Assembly: GCA_036336835.1 (NCBI GenBank)
Contig: JAYZFK010000048.1
Location: 1-47,212, forward strand
From: Myxococcota bacterium
Lineage (GTDB): Bacteria; Myxococcota_A; UBA9160; UBA4427
Direction of reading: 5' to 3'
Length of the DNA: 47,212 nt
The notes below the pieces were generated by a model. It worked only from the letters and a program-made list of their open reading frames with translations, was not told the DNA's origin and did no database searches. A program made the position numbers and the translations under genes. Shown one piece after another: positions 46,662 through 47,212 of this stretch. Positions within the stretch are counted from its first letter, which is position 1. The number at the start of each line of letters is the position of its first letter.

Positions 46662-47212
46662 TCAGGCTTCGCCGGCCTCGGCCTCGGCATCCGCCAACGC
46701 TTCCTTGCGCGACAGGCGGATGCGGCCAGACGGGTCGATGTCGATGCACTTGGCGAGCACCTCGTCGCCCTCCTCGAGCACGTCCGTCACGCGCTCGACC
46801 CGCGCGTGCGCCAGATGGCTGATGTGGATCAGGCCGTCGGTGCCGGGGAAGATCTCGGCGAAGGCACCAAAGTCCGTGATCCGCTTCACCTTGGCCAGAT
46901 ACACCCGACCGATCTCGGCCTCCTGCGTGAGCTCCTCGACCATCGCCTGGGCGCGCGCGACCGAATCCGCATCGGGCCCGAACACCTGACAGCGGCCCGA
47001 GTCCTCGATGTCGATCTTGGCGCCCGTGGTCTCCTGGATGGCGCGGATCACCTTCCCGCCCGGCCCGATGACGTCGCGGATGCGATCCGGCTTCACCCAG
47101 ATCACCTCGAGACGCGGTGCGAACTCGTGCAGGGTTTCGCGCGGCTTCAGCTCGCCAAGATCCGCCGCCGTGTCCTGCTGCATGATGTCCAGGATGTGGA
47201 GCCGGCCGGCAC
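46662..47212 (-). CDS. pnp: Polyribonucleotide nucleotidyltransferase, C-terminal KH+S1 part (5' end outside window)
   Basis: IRDVIGPGGKVIR (KH); FGAFAEIFPGTDGLIHIS...RIRLSRK (S1). Confidence 0.95.
   Translation of the reverse strand, partial: AGRLHILDIMQQDTAADLGELKPRETLHEFAPRLEVIWVKPDRIRDVIGPGGKVIRAIQETTGAKIDIEDSGRCQVFGPDADSVARAQAMVEELTQEAEIGRVYLAKVKRITDFGAFAEIFPGTDGLIHISHLAHARVERVTDVLEEGDEVLAKCIDIDPSGRIRLSRKEALADAEAEAGEA

Overview
High-GC (about 70% by eye) bacterial chromosome segment. The gene content (PilZ/DUF4388 protein, IPTL-CTERM-like tail, multiheme cytochrome) suggests a Myxococcota/deltaproteobacteria-like organism; this is inference. The left ~27.7 kb is accessory. It carries two MFS transporters, a PlpD-type patatin/Omp85 fusion, an NTF2 protein, a type II quinohemoprotein alcohol dehydrogenase, an alkaline-phosphatase-superfamily enzyme, several GT-C-like or His-motif polytopic membrane proteins, a TauD dioxygenase, an octaheme cytochrome c and a surface-anchored endonuclease I. 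It also carries a TetR-controlled VOC dioxygenase/HsaA-like monooxygenase module and a lower-GC patch of small secreted proteins beside tRNA-Gly(GCC). The right ~19 kb is housekeeping: nucleotide-sugar dehydrogenase, pgsA, a lytic transglycosylase, nadB, a GS-family enzyme, purF-L-Q, an oppositely oriented purC plus porin, purS-B, cdsA, dut and the 3' end of pnp. The most notable observation is a two-gene module at 10025-11426: a Cys-rich deaminase-like ORF overlapping an RluA pseudouridine synthase, which looks like a split, compacted version of the tRNA C-to-pseudouridine editor TrcP. Also noted are several 9- or 11-bp-period minisatellites, apparent leaderless genes and a rearranged pur operon. 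No CRISPR array, integrase or transposase is visible. All calls come from motif reading only; no database searches were run.
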